From: Pseudogymnoascus verrucosus
Lineage: Eukaryota
Assembly (NCBI GenBank): GCA_001662655.1
Contig: KV460223.1
Length of the DNA stretch: 64,000 bases
Reading direction: 5' to 3' (one strand)
Shown here: in pieces, positions 25,181 through 38,775 of the stretch
Layout: every line of letters starts with the position of its first letter
Position numbering within the stretch: position 1 is the first letter of the stretch
Notes under the pieces: generated by a model
Databases searched by the model: none
Told to the model about the DNA's origin: nothing
What the model saw: the letters and a program-made list of their open reading frames with translations, nothing else
Made by a program: the position numbers and the translations under genes

Positions 25181-26528
25181 ATGGAGAGCTTCCAGCCCTG
25201 GATGGACGCCCCCACCCCGCAAAATGAAGCTTCAAGCCACTCTTTCGTTGAGCCTCTCCCAATGCCATTGAACGGCTCAGTGGGAGAAGATTCCGACGAA
25301 TGGGAATACGAGTATTCGACCACTGAAACCGAAGTCAGTGCCCCTCACAGCTCCCTCCATCCTACACGTGCTAACCACCCCGCAGACATTCTATCTCACG
25401 CTCGACCTCACAACTCCATCCATACCGACTTCTCGCCCTCGAGCCAACCCTCTCCCCAGTGGCCGTGCAAGCACCAAGACCAAATGGATAAACCCCGGCC
25501 TCGGCCGTCATAAGCGCCAACTCGGGCACGCACCCACAATATCCCTCGGGGACAAAGACAAAGACAAAGAGGGCGAAGACACCGTCCCCGTCGAGTCCGC
25601 CGACGAAGAGCCCCAAAGTCCCACCAACGACACTCCCCGGAACGATGAAAACGAGCCCGAGAGCAACGGGCCTGCAGAGCAAAAAATCCAGATCCTACAC
25701 CTCGAGTCTGACAACCCGCTCATCTCATACCGCGATCATACCTTCACATGCCGCTGGACCAAAAATATTGGCAGCGAGCTTCTCTTCACTCCCGACGATG
25801 ACACAGATGACCCTCTCCCAGCCCTGCGCCATCTACCCGGCGGCGTCGCCCTCCTCGCCTCCTGCTCCGCCCGCCTAACCTCCGCCACCGCAACCGTCGT
25901 CCCGGTCACACACGCAACGCCCCTCTCGCTCGCTCCCTACGAGGAAGGACCCCTCGTGGAATCCGTCTCCGTCGCTGCCTCCACCGAACGACGCAACCAA
26001 GCCCGCTTCCTGGAGCGACTGATGGGGATCAAAGAGCGCAAAGCGGAAGACGACGAGGTCACAGTCGTGGCATACAAGCGCACCAAGTTTCACGGCTGGA
26101 TCGAGATAATCCGCAAGCGGATTGAGGACGAGCGCGCTACGATACGAGAGGGATTGAGTGGCGCGACGCCCGAGGAGGCGGAAGTGGCGAGGAGGCGGCT
26201 GGCGGAGCTGGATGAGCAGGAGCTGAGGATTCCGACGGATGCGCCGGTGGACGAAGACGATGATGATGAGCCTGCTGCGCGGCCGGTGAGGCGCAAGAAA
26301 AAGAGGAAGGAGATGCTGACGGTGACTGAGGAGAAGGGGACGACGATGCGGTTGAAGCCGAGGGGGGTCAGGAGGAGGCCGAGGAGGGATTGGAAGAGGT
26401 ATAATTTGGATGGGACGGCGGCGGCGAGGAATGCAGAGGTTAATTGGCAGGGCGTGCATACGCAGGAGGCGGGGGAGGCATCTGGTGCGTATGACGGTAC
26501 GGACCAGAGAGGAGAGGTGGCGGAGTGA
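25181..26528 (+). CDS. TFIIIC subunit with triple-barrel (tau55/Tfc7-related) domain
   Basis: EWEYEYSTTETE|TFYLTLDLT (intron about 25334-25385) and IQILHLESDNPLISY..FTCRW..IGSELLF. Confidence 0.75.
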
Positions 26529-26733
26529 AACGCGTGGAAAAGACACTGTGGAGAAGACTCCCTAGGTGGGGATTTGGGGCCTTAGGTATATTTTTAAGCA
26601 AGTACCTTAGATAATTATAGCTATGGTAATTAAGAGCCTGTATTTCATTCCCGGTTACTGTAAACAGTGCTAGTTTGGTGTTGGCCTCATACCGTGAGCT
26701 ACAACAAATACCCTTAGTCACTTTAAGCGGACT

Positions 26734-26922
26734 TTAAAGAGACAGTTACTATAGAATAGACTTAAAGAGGCATTTACTAAAAGATAGACCTAAAGAGACA
26801 GGTACTATGATATATATTTAGATATATGGTTACTGTATAATAGACTTAAAGAGATAGTTACTATAAGATAGACTTATAGAGATAGTTACTGTGAGATAGT
26901 CTTAAAGGGAAAGGTTGTGTGA
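26734..26922. repeat. AT-rich ~28-bp degenerate tandem repeat, ~7 copies
   Basis: Recurring TTAAAGAGAyAGTTACTATAaGATAGAC-like units. Confidence 0.75.
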
Positions 26923-27199
26923 GCCTAGATTACCAATATCAACTCTTACCTCTACTTAGCCCTTCTTCAGACTTTCGGGGGCAAAAGTATTGATGTCTCC
27001 CTCATCCCTCTGCATTTGATCATTCGCGACCTGTCTTTCCGTTTATTGTTGCGTTCGTTCTCCTCGTATTCACCGTTCACTCACCCATTCTCAAAGTCAA
27101 CCAGCAAAAGACACAATCATAAATGAGTAATCTCTCATACAATATATACACCGCCAATATGCTCTATCCCCTAGCCCCTCCCCAAATTTTCTATACCCC

Positions 27200-28135
27200 C
27201 TATTGGAATTCCTTCTTAAACAGCTCCTTCCCCCACGGCTCGCCCTTCAAGCTCGTCAACCCCCCAGTCGGCTCGCAGCTCTCCCTTCCACTCGCTGGTC
27301 CCGGCGCCGGCACCTTCGAGGGCGTCCCTGCCACATCCTTCGCGCTCGCCTCCAATGCCTTGAGCAGTGACACGATCGACTCGGGAGTCAAATCCTCGTA
27401 GTAGTCGTCGTTGATCTGGACCATGGGCGCGTTAACACAGGCGCCCAGGCACTCGACCTCCAAGTATGTGAACAGGTTGTCCTTGGTCGTCTCTCCGTTG
27501 TGGACGCCGAGGTGGCCCTCGATGGCCTTAACGATGGCGTCGGAGCCGCAGCCGCCGAGCTGGCAGGGGGTCTGGGTGTGTTAGCTCGGATCTTCTGTCA
27601 TCGCGGCGTCTCTGGGGCGTTTGATGGGGGACGGGGAACTTACGGTGGTGCAGACTTGCACGTGGTATTTCCCGACCGGGTTGCGGTTGTACATAGTGTA
27701 GAAGGTAGCGACCTCGTAGACGCGCATAGGCGGCATCTCAAGAAGACGCGCAACCTCATTCATGACGCTAAGGCTGGTGAATCCGTGCTGGCGCTGACCG
27801 AGGTCGAGGATTGGCATCACGGCGGCCTTCTTGTATTGGGGCGGGTAGCGGGCCAGGATCTCCTTGATCACGGCGTTGTTCTGCTCGCTGAACTTGAACG
27901 GGATGCTCGCATTGTTGTCGGCGGAGTCGCGGTGCTAGGGGGGGGTGTCAGCGGATGTTTGGGGGGGTGATGGGGAGGGGGAGGCCGAAGGGCCGCATAC
28001 CACGAAGAGGGAATCGCTGGCTACCCGGGGAGAGGCGACGAATGCCCGGCGTTGGGAGCGAATGGCTGGGCGAGATGCGATGCATACCCGCCTTGCGGCC
28101 GAGCCGAAGACGTAGGGAGTGATCTTGGAGGCCAT
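27200..28135 (-). CDS. nuo-24: NADH:ubiquinone oxidoreductase 24 kDa subunit (NDUFV2/NuoE)
   Basis: Mitochondrial presequence and two introns. Motifs [47 protein letters not shown] and [10 protein letters not shown] ([2Fe-2S] ligands). Confidence 0.96.
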
Positions 28136-28674
28136 TGGAGCTGTCGGGGGTCGCAATGGCTGGTGTGATGGAGATGCCGTGCGAGATATTTGAGGTTCAC
28201 GCTTTGAGGTGTAATCAGTATTTGCCACGATTGATTGGTTGGGTTGGATTGGCTGATTATGTCAGCCGAATTTTGTAACCACAGCCAAACCTGTCAAATA
28301 TAATATTTATCAGAACAACAATCCCTTCGGTCATCACGGAATCTATAAGTATTACTTTCTATGTTATGTTTTCTTTATAGGAAGGTTCGATTTTTTTCAT
28401 ATGCTACCACCAATGCTCATGTGCAGAATTGCCTTGACTAAGTGATATATTTATTTCATTATGTCTTGTCTGTGCCCAATATCTCATGAAAATATTAAAT
28501 TGAAGCGCAACCCCGTGCATCGAAAACTACGGCACAAAAACACTTGCAAACAAACAGAATTAACGCCTTCAGCAAATTGGATTGAGGGTATTCGCAGAAG
28601 CAGCAATGTTTCAAAGCCAGACAGATTATGTCTCCAGCCATCTACGATCTTGCAAAGTAAGATGGAAGGGCAGC

Positions 28675-29278
28675 CTAATAACGTCTGTACCAGCGTCTGC
28701 GAGCAGGAATTTCGTCACCAGCAACAGCGCCATGTCGTGGAGTGTGCTTGCGCATGAACCATATTCCCACAAGTGCGCTGACGAGCCAAAAGATAGCCGA
28801 CAGGAAGGAGAAGGCGACGTCGGCCTTCCACTTCTGACAAGTGCCATTCTGCGTGATGTCGCCCCAGTTGAAGATGCTGCCGCAGTTCAGAGGACCGATG
28901 AACTATTCCTCAAGTTAGCAATGCGGAAATTATATCGGGTTTTATGCACTTACGTTGACGAGCAAACCGAAGGCGGCAATCCAGAGACCGAAGAAAACGA
29001 TGTCGACCGGCCAGTGAATAAAGGCGCCTGAGAATGGGAGGAGCCACAGCAGTGAGAGGAATATGGACAGCGATGCGACGACTATGGTGTAGATGAACCG
29101 CTTTCTGGACCAGTTACTCTGGCCTCTAGTTTCGTGGAGGTATTCGCCGGTAAGACCAGCAACAACGGCTGCGAAGGCAAGCTTTATTTGATCAGATTAA
29201 GAATCCATGAGCTGGTGGAGGAATTAAACTCACCTCGCCCACGCGAAGCAGCGTGCCAACGATCCTATCAATGGCCAT
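28675..29278 (-). CDS. MARVEL-domain four-TM membrane protein
   Basis: Exons 29278-29234, 29181-28953 and 28902-28675 give MAIDRIVGTLLRVGE|LAFAAVVAGLTGEYL..RFIYT..WPVDI..LWIAAFGLLVN|..C..WKADVAFSFLSAIFWLVSA..RRRWYRRY*. Not in the ORF track. Confidence 0.85.
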
Positions 29279-30702
29279 TTTGATATGTTTCTTCGATGTT
29301 ATATGTTTATGACTGAAATATTTGGGATATCTGCGTGAGATGAATGCCAGGTAGAAGTTGAATATTATTCTGGGGGGACTTGTTGCTTTTATATAACAGA
29401 CGCGGAAAAACCGGAAACGGAAGTGTGGAGGGCTACAGGTGACAAAGATGTTGGCTGGGTTTTGTCAAGATATTCGTGCCTACTCATATTGCCTCTGAAT
29501 CGTCAGAGGCTGCGTCAACGAGGAGGGGTCCACCTGCTTGGCATATCTGGGAGCAATCAGGCCGATCTACAGTGCCAGGTGTAACTGAGCGAAAGACGGC
29601 AACTGAGGGACGTCGCGCATCTTTCCCCGCGACCTGAGTGAAACAGGTTTGGCATGGTTGAAGTTGGGCTATAACATCTTGAGTCACTGGCGAATGGTTT
29701 GTACTTTAATCCATCACTGTATAACTAGGGATCTTCAATGAAGTCATTGATGATAATACAACTATATCGTACTCTATATCGCCCCCTACATCCTTGCTTT
29801 GCCTTGACCGACTATAAACCTGGGAATACCTGATGGCGATCGGTGGCACAGAACTGAGGTGGTCTTGTGGCTTCAAATGTGGCTTGTTATTGCATCTAGA
29901 ACCGCCTTGCATGATTGGCCGAGACAGGAATCTTTGACAACTAGGATGGGCGAGACAGCCAGCTGTCATACCAGCATTAGTCAAAACGTAGAATCTGTAT
30001 GTGTTTGGTAAATCCAACCGAGCTATGGTTGGCCCAGGAATGCTGGCGTTGACACAGTGGTAGGGATCGATTCGCTATAAGGCTCAAGCAAACGCTCAGA
30101 ACCGGATCAGCAGCATCATGTGCCATCCTCTTGGTTGGCTTGGGCATGGGGTACGTGTGCAAATCCATTTACAAAGATTCATGCAGGTAGCCGTTGATAC
30201 CCTCAATACACTGACCGAACTGTTGTTATAAACAAGAAAGCTTCCGAAATTCCGGTTGCTCATGTGTGACGTCATGGCTGCACGCCAGAGGTCGGTATAT
30301 GAGACTACACTCAACCACTCCCATTCTACGGCAAGTACGATCGATATACTATACCATCGTTCCTTCCTCGTTAACCTACATTCGGTAGTGCGAAAACCTC
30401 TGACGCTGAGCTGAGCCTGTCTTAAATATATGATTCTGTAGAGTTGAGGTTTAGTGTTTATAATGCACCTTTTTTGACAGCTGCCGAGACGAACCTTTAT
30501 CGGCACTTAGACCCTCAAGCGAGAATAAATTTGTAGTGCTGACATTTCGCACTTTAAACACCATCAACAGGGCCAGTATTACTTCTCGGCCACTGCCTGA
30601 TCTGTGCCTGTTCATAAAAATAAAATAAATATCACACGTATGATGCAAAAAATTGCCCAAAAAAATGGACTGATCTACTTGAGAGTAGATGGTTCTGGAA
30701 TA

Positions 30703-30795
30703 TTCCGAACCGGGGAGTCGAACCCCGCGCAACCGCGGATTCATAATTCTTTCGAATGGTGAGAGGCGGATATGTTACCGATACACCAGTTCGGA
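30703..30795 (-). tRNA. tRNA-Glu(CTC) with ~22-nt intron
   Basis: Acceptor stem TCCGAAC/GTTCGGA, anticodon arm CCGC-CT-CTC-A[intron]C-GCGG and T arm CGGGG-TTCGACT-CCCCG. Confidence 0.92.
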
Positions 30796-31404
30796 GTGGG
30801 TTGGGGATCGGAACGGGTATTAGGGTAGATGTAGTAGTGCCGATATTCCACAATTTTTTTTTTTCAGTATTAAACGGTGGCATGCTTTTTAAGTTCTGAA
30901 GTAGGTACACGGACGGTCATGCATATTGACCCTTGGGGTCCAATTATAGAATCTAGATTGCACCTTCCTGGATAGTATTGAAGGGGCTGAATATAGCCGC
31001 ACAAGCCATCAATCTCGACAATTGGCATCTTCTAGACTTCTAGACTTCTTCCCTTTAACTCCTCGTACCCCGTACAACTAACTATACGCGTATACATAAT
31101 ACGTCGTCATGGGCGGGATCCCCAAAGTCACGTACCTCATAGTAAGCCCGTGTTGGAGACACTACATGGGATTCGCGGCCTTATGGTAGGTGCGCAACGC
31201 CGTGTGCCGCCCACCAAAACACCGGTAGCGTGGATTTCGCATGCCGCATGGAGATATAGCAAGGTAGGTCGAAATCAGGCCCGACTTCACAATTCAGATA
31301 AATATGGCTCCCCCGCAGCATATATGAGCCTCTCTACATATAAGAGATCTAATTGAGCTGGATTTCTTTCTTTCTGTTCTTGGCATCTTGCCCTGTTCTT
31401 GGAT

Positions 31405-32871
31405 ATGTCGACCCTAACTGAGGCCGACACAATTGTCTTAAAAAACCTCCGATACGACATTCAGAACGACATCCGAGACTCGAGCACCGCAGCCGCCAAA
31501 GCACAGCCCAATCGGCCCAAATCCGACGACGATGACGACTCAGTGAGGCCCATCCTGGAGCAATTGAGTGTAGAATCCTCGGCCTTCACTACATGGGACA
31601 ATAACGAAATAAATCCGACGCTGGATCGTCTGGTGGTACAACCTTATCTCGCATGGGCTTCGAAACTTGTACGACAGGACCCAGACACTGTATTCATCAC
31701 ACACATAATAGTACACTTCACGACTCTTTTGCCAAGCGCCTTATACCTATACTACAGCTTCTCGTGGCTTCATGCCGTCCTCCACACCGTTTATGCCGTG
31801 TGGAACGCTGGCCCATTCACGCTGCTTCTTCACAACCACATACATAATAACGGCCTGCTCGGAAAACAATATGCCTTCTTCGATCGCCTCTTTCCATATA
31901 TCACGGGACCCCTGATGGGCCACACCTGGGATTCATACTATTACCACCATGTCAAGATGCACCACGTCGAGGGGAACGGCCCCGGAGACCTCTCGTCCAC
32001 CATCTACTTCCAGCGTGACGAACCCCTGGAATTCATCAGATACTTCGTTCGGTTCCTGGTGTGCACCTGGCTGGAACTGCCAATCTACTTCTACCGCAAT
32101 AAGAAATACGATTTAGCCGCAAAGGCATTGATATCGGAGTGCTCCTCGATGGGCTTTATGTACCTGGCATCCCAGTTGAACACGCGCCCAACAGTTTTTG
32201 TACTTATACTACCATTCTTCATAATGCGCCTCGGCATGATGATTGGGAATTTCGGACAGCATTGCTTGGTCGACAACGTGGACCCCATGTCCGACTTCCG
32301 CTCCAGCATCACACTCATTGATGTCCCCGTAAGACCCCCCAACCCCCTACTATCTGGCACATCAGTTACTAACACCCTCTAGAGCAACCGCCACTGCTTC
32401 AACGACGGCTACCACACCTCTCACCACCTCAACCCGCGGCGCCACTGGAAAGCTCACCCCGCCGCCTTCCTCAAGGCCAAGCCCACCTACCAAGCCGAGG
32501 GCGCGCTGACCTTCACCGACATTGACTACCTGATGATCACGTACCGGTGCATCACCAAGGACTTTGACCACCTCGCGCGCCGTCTGGTGCCGATGGGCGC
32601 GCAGATCGGGATGACGCATGAGGAGAGGGTGGAGATGCTGAGGAGTAAGACGAGGAAGTTTACCCCTGAGGAGATCAAGCTCAAGTTTATGAAGAAGGGG
32701 GAGAGGCCGTCGGCGGCTGAGGCGGTGCCGGTACTTGGAGGGGTGAAGGGGGCGAAGGTGGGGAGGTCGAGGAGGGAGTCGGTTACGGCCGCGGCGGTGA
32801 AGGCGGGGGCGTCGATTGGGGAGGGGTCGGGGAGGGTGGTTAACCATGAGATAGTGAGTCGCCGGCTATGA
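31405..32871 (+). CDS. Membrane fatty-acid desaturase-superfamily protein
   Basis: His boxes HNHIH, HHVKMHH, GQH and YHTSHH with TM segments. Intron 32329-32382. Confidence 0.85.
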
Positions 32872-33338
32872 GGGGGAGTTTGACGATAGTTTGATAGATT
32901 TGGTGTATAAATGGCTGTAGAATATAGACCTGTTCATACTGATGCAGCCTCAACGTGTGAAGACGGTACTCTGTCAGCCCTTTGAAGGTATACTTTTAAT
33001 TGTGCCTTTTCCCAAATCTCGGGTTTGCTTATTTTACTCGCTGCGCCAACACGTAGCTAATTCGGCCGAGGCGGAAGGCAAGGCGTAATTCAGGGGTGTG
33101 CATGTGGTGGCGTGGTGTCGGATTAGGAACCGACCCCGTCATACGTAGATTATTACAGACGTAGTCATAGCGAAGATACACTTATCATGGCTACGAGTAG
33201 GTTTAAAGGGAGGAGCTTCTCGGAGTTTATATTTAACGACTAGTGCAATTCGTTACTTGTGTTAGAAAATGGCCCCTCGGACGTGAAGTCAGGCGCAGCA
33301 GTTAAAAACGCGAGGATAAAGTCGATCAATGTACTATC

Positions 33339-33800
33339 ATGTTTCCAGCCTTTGTAACTGGGCCCGACCTGCCAGGGGTATGCATGTTCATAGCTGCCTT
33401 CTTCATATTATTTAGCTAAAACTACTCTCTTAGATCCTCGATGAGCTTATCGACGAGTCTTGGGAAGGTGCCTATGGTATAACTAATAATGAACTTTTAC
33501 CAGGCGGCTGCCTCTGTATCCTTCCTACCAAGGATTTAAACTTGATCAAGCACGGGTCACGCAAACTGATGTAGCCCTTCGAGTCCCCCTTTCTTGGGAT
33601 GACGGATAATGAAGTTCGCACTTGGTTCAATGAGCACCAGCATCACAACTTCACCTGCGAAGCTTTTTGAGTTCTTGACAAGGATACTAAGAAGAACAAG
33701 ACATGTCGAATCGGATATGCAGACACTGATGTAGAGGAGGGTAATAAGATGGTAACCACTGATCTTACGCTAGTACATACACTAAAATACCTCTAGAAGC
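33339..33800 (+). pseudogene. Decayed gene of unknown family
   Basis: MFPAFVTGPDLPG|intron|ILDELIDESWEGAYG..LCILPT..LM*PFESPFLGMTDNEVRTWF..AF*VLDKDT..TCRIG: a protein-like frame with a canonical intron and internal stops. Confidence 0.5.
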
Positions 33801-35174
33801 GGTCACTATAAACTGGTTTGAGCGGGTGGAATATGGAGGTAGCCAGTTACAATATCTCGAACGGGGAAAAGATACTGGCGAGGGATATCCATGTAGTGAT
33901 TTCACGACGAGATCTATCCAAAAAGAAAGTAATGCGCAAAAGATGACTTGACGTATGGCATCTCCTGCATTTCGGAGCTACCTCGCCCGCAGCTAAGTGT
34001 TTATAACCGCAATCACAGTTCTTTTAGAATATGAGTAAACAGTAATAATCAACATCACGTTGGTGAAGAGACCTGAAATCTGTATGAATAGAGCTTTAGA
34101 TTTAACTCTATAGAAAAATATTGCTTCTCCATTCCATATCAATGCCCTTGCTAATTGCAGCTGGGAGATACAATCTCATATCTGTTTCTTGTCGAATGCG
34201 TGCGTAACCTGAGTGCCAATTTTGCCCTGCGTCCTATTTTGCCGCTGACGTGGCTACAACCCTTTAGCCTGGCCGCATCCTTTAGATGCCGCCTGCACGC
34301 TCTAAATAAAATCAATAGTATATTTCCTCACGCTAAGCCTGCATTGTTGGAATCGCCTTTTCTGGCTATTAACTCCGTGTTGTTAGAATAGACTCCAACA
34401 GTGCATGGTACTTCGGACATTTGCTCTTAGTATAATCTAACATCGGGTTAGTCGAAATCAAATCCGCAGCAGAATGTCACCCATCGCTGCCATTCGACGC
34501 GCTATGGCACAATGCTACAGTTATTCTCTTAATACCCCTACCTCAATGACAGTAATTATGGTTTCGGGGTGGTAGGTAGGGAGGGGTCTAGCTACAGGTT
34601 CCAACAATCACCCCCTGCGTCGTGAAAATTACCAGTCTGCAGAGGCCAATGGTATATTTATAAGCACTCCCAACACCTTGGCACCTATGCTCAACCTATC
34701 TTAGGCATCAGCCTCCGCCTGGCCATCCTATGGAAAGGCTGGACGGAGGTTGACGTTGGAATTTATATTGGAATAGTATATTACAGGTGGCTAGCTTAAT
34801 GAGACAGCAGATGGAGTAGATCTGGAAGACCCACTCCTTCCCCGCACTACATTTTAGCCGCATGTTGGCGGGAGCACCCGAAGTGCTACAACAGCTTGAC
34901 AGGTGTCTAGCTATGCATGGCCATTGATATTTCGTCAATCTTGCACGAGCGTTACAGGGAGGAAAGCCTCCCTGATCATTATTGAAATTAAAATTGGGAA
35001 ATATTTAAAATGAAATGTTGGGTTACAATGGTGAATGAAGATGCCTGTCATCCGCTCCTGCTCATTTTGATAATGATGGTTTTTATTTCAGGAGGACAGC
35101 TGGTGCAAGATATCCCACATTCTTGTGCCAGAACTAACGATTAGTCTCGCCCCTGTATCTCAACCTCAGTCATT

Positions 35175-36751
35175 ATGCGGCTTTCTGTTACCATCAGAAG
35201 CACCATTGCCTTGGCATGTGTTGGTGTAGAGCTTGTTGCCTCTATTGCTGTCAAAGCCCCAGGCAATACAGCACGCGACGCGAGCCCTTCGTTCCCATAT
35301 GACCCAAACACCACCAGGTATTGCACAGATTGGTGGGATACTCTGGGGCTTTTCTCCTGTCAGGAACTTGTCGATATTTATAGCCTCAATACCGCAGATT
35401 TCGTTAGATGGGTATACCTCTCTTCCAAACCCGCTCTACTGGTCTTATACTTAGCTCACATAACTATGTTCTAGAATCCCTCCATTACGGCGGCATGTGG
35501 GAATTTCATTGAATCTGGTCATTCGTACTGCGTAAGGGCTGATGGTGAGCCTGTGGTGACCACAACCGCTCCGCCCACAACTGTTCCACCCACCAAAACC
35601 ACTGCAGGCCCTACATCCACACCCACGACATCCACGCCCACAACTGGTCCACCTCCGACCACTACAGTCGTCGATGGGACGGCATACCCCATTCCTCCCG
35701 CCCCCACTATCCTCGGATCGACTCCTACGTTCAAGAAATGGTATGTCATCGAGGGTGGCGACACCTGCCTCGCAATAGCAGCTAAGTTCGACGTCACAAA
35801 AACGCAAGTCAACCTTTGGAACACTACATCAACGTGGGCTGCACCAATATTTGGGCCACCTATGCCGTCTGAGTTTCTAGCCCATTGGCAGAGGAATACT
35901 GGACTTTAGTTGGATGCTCCACTGACAGCCAAAGCGCTCGCGCGTTGGCAAATAGAATAACACTCCCTGGTGAGACATCTATTATGACACCCAAGGTTTG
36001 CACTGATGCCTGCTCTGCGGCAGGATATCGCCTTTCCGGTCTCCAGTATGGATCCGAATGCTATTATGACAATGCCATTCGTAACGGCCACGCCTTGACG
36101 TCGTCAGGCTGCACGATGCCCTGTCCTGGCGCACCATCAATTATGTGCGGCGAATCCGACAGAATAAACCTCTACCGTCTCGACAAGTATAAGGACATGG
36201 GCTGTTACAACGACATAAGCACATCGCGCACGCTAGAGAAACAGATCATCATTGCGAACCAGAATGCCATTCTAACACGCGAGATCTGCCAGGAAGCCTG
36301 CGAAAGGGCCGGATACATCTACTCAGGCGTCGAGTACGCGCATCAGTGCTGGTGTGGCTACTGTGTCTGGGGTAGCGTGGCAGGGAGCGGGTGCTCATCA
36401 CCGTGCCCAGGAAATACGGCCCAGCTATGTGGAGGCTCTGATCGGATCAATGTGATGATGCGTCCACAATCCAGATCTCTTGGGTGCTATTCGGATGACG
36501 TGAATAACAGGACGCTCAGGTACCGACTCGCCATTGCGAACGAGGCGACGTTGATGACGGCTGAGCTATGTAGAAACACCTATTTTTCAAAGAGCTTCAA
36601 TTATTCTGGGGTGGAGTTTGGACAGCAGTGTTTCTGCGATGATGAGCTCTATGGTTCTGGGGCGCCTACGACTGGGTGTACGATGGCTTGTCCAGGGGGT
36701 GGTGGTGCGGTTTGTGGTGGCAGCTCGAAGATTAATATTTACTCCTTGTAA
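35175..36751 (+). pseudogene. Secreted 2xLysM-like + 3xWSC carbohydrate-binding protein, disrupted
   Basis: Signal peptide, LysM-like CTDWW..SC..FVRW|NPSI..C..YCV (intron about 35412-35474), a Thr/Pro linker and LysM YVIEGGDTCLAIA..WN. Then a 1-nt frameshift near 35824 and an in-frame TGA at 35870 (YAV*VS for YAVCVS), followed by three WSC domains. Confidence 0.8.
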
Positions 36752-37256
36752 TGGTACCGACACCGATTCTCTGTAAGAAGGTTACTGTATATGATAGAGA
36801 AATTAATAATTTTTATAGCCATTGCAGCTCTGACAAGCTTGTGAGGTTGTGTAAGATTTGTAGTGTCTGGACAATTTATCAAAGCGGTTCCAGATATAAC
36901 ATTACATAAGCACGTCGCCCGCCGCGCCTAAGGCCGCTCTCAGGGCGACACAATCAACCCAATCAATCAATCAAGGTTCCTGGCCGAGCACCATCGTCCC
37001 GCCAGTGAGCAATGCAGTGCAGGTACTGCATTGTTGACTGCGGAAAAGGCCAAAATTCAGCACCAAATCAACAAACCACCAATTTTTGACCGTAACCCCG
37101 AGCGCACTCTGGCCTGCGCTACTCCGACTAAAGTAAGGCCGTGATAGGCGGAGGAAGGAAGGGGTACACACCGAGGGAGGTCCCCACGACGATCGAATCT
37201 GAAGCCCCTCTACAATCGCAAAGTCGTCGCCCGGACACCACAACCCGCCAGACGGG

Positions 37257-38775
37257 ATGAGTCGAATATTGTCGAGTCGGCAAGCCGACGAGCTGTGCGT
37301 ACATACCTGTGGTCAGAGATGGAGATACCGGGGCGGGGGCAGACAGGGCTAACGCGGCGGCATTTTTAGTCACAAGTCGATTGTCGCATACCTGTCAGCG
37401 AACAACCTGCCAAATGCGGTTGCTGCGCTGAGGACGGAGCTGGGACTGGAGGAGGAAACCTTTGATGCAGTCACAGTCAAAAAATATGAGACGTTGTTAG
37501 AGAAGAAATGGACGAGCGTCATCCGCCTACAGAAGAAGGCAAGTCCTTCCTTTGCCCACCTCCTACTTGCCTTCGCCTGCTTCATGCCTTCTGCTCTATT
37601 CGCATAATGTCATCTAACCGGTGTTGAGCTGCGTATAGATAATGGATCTTGAATCACGAGTCGCAACATTGCAATCCGAGCTCGACAGCGCCACCCCTTC
37701 GTCTTTGTCAAAACGTAGCCAGGATCCAACCTCCTGGCTACCTAGCAAGCCCTCACGATATACTCTGGAATCGCACCAGTTCGAAATCTCCTGCATTGCC
37801 TTCCATCCTCTATATTCTACGATTGCGTCCGGTGACCAAGGCTCTGCTATTAAGATATGGGACTGGGAGCTGGGCGAATTGGAGAGAACAATCAAGGGAC
37901 ATACCAAGGCGATCACTGGTATCGATTTTGGCGGTCCTAAGGGCCATATACTTCTGGCATCTTGCAGCTCAGATCTTACGATCAAGCTCTGGGATCCAGC
38001 AGATGCATACAAGAATATTCGAACATTGTCAGGCCACGACCATACTGTCAGCGCTGTCCGCTTCATGCCGTCGGGCAACCTTCTTGTCAGCGCTAGTAGG
38101 GACACAACTTTGAGGATGTGGGACGTCACTACTGGATACTGCGTGAAGACGATACGCGGACACTTGGAATGGGTTCGCGATGTGTGCCCCTCGCCTGACG
38201 GGTCTTCTATTCTGTCGACCGGCGATGACCGAACCCTCCGTCTATGGAATGTTTCCGGGTCAGTAGCAGAGAATAAATTGACATTGTTTGGTCACGAGAA
38301 CTTTATCGAGTGCTGCGTATTTGCGCCACCATCCTCATATCAATACCTAGCGACTCTAGCCGGGTTGCAAAAACCGCCGCCCCTAACTAGCACATCAGAG
38401 TTTATGGCCACGGGATCGCGAGATAAGACCATCAAGCTGTGGGATACAAGGGGAAGTTGTTTCAAGACACTGATCGGCCATGACAACTGGGTGCGGTCTC
38501 TTGTTTTCCACCCCGGTGGGAAATACCTCATCTCTGTTGCGGACGACAAGGCACTACGGTGCTGGGATCTCAGCCAGGATGGAAAGTGCGTTAAGGAGTT
38601 ATCAAGTGTGCATGATCACTTTATCTCTTGTCTGGCATGGGCTCCGTCAATTGTGAAGGATAAGGATAAACCTCCAGCCAACGGCGAGGCGGGAGGAGGC
38701 GCACCAGATGTGCAGATTCGCTGTGTCATTGCCACTGGAAGCGTGGATATGGCACTTAAAATATTTGCCAGATAG
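37257..38775 (+). CDS. nudF: LIS1/NudF/Pac1 dynein regulator (LisH + coiled coil + WD40)
   Basis: Exons 37257-37294, 37370-37538 and 37639-38775 give [43 protein letters not shown] followed by WD40 repeats. Intron 2 is GC-AG. Confidence 0.93.
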
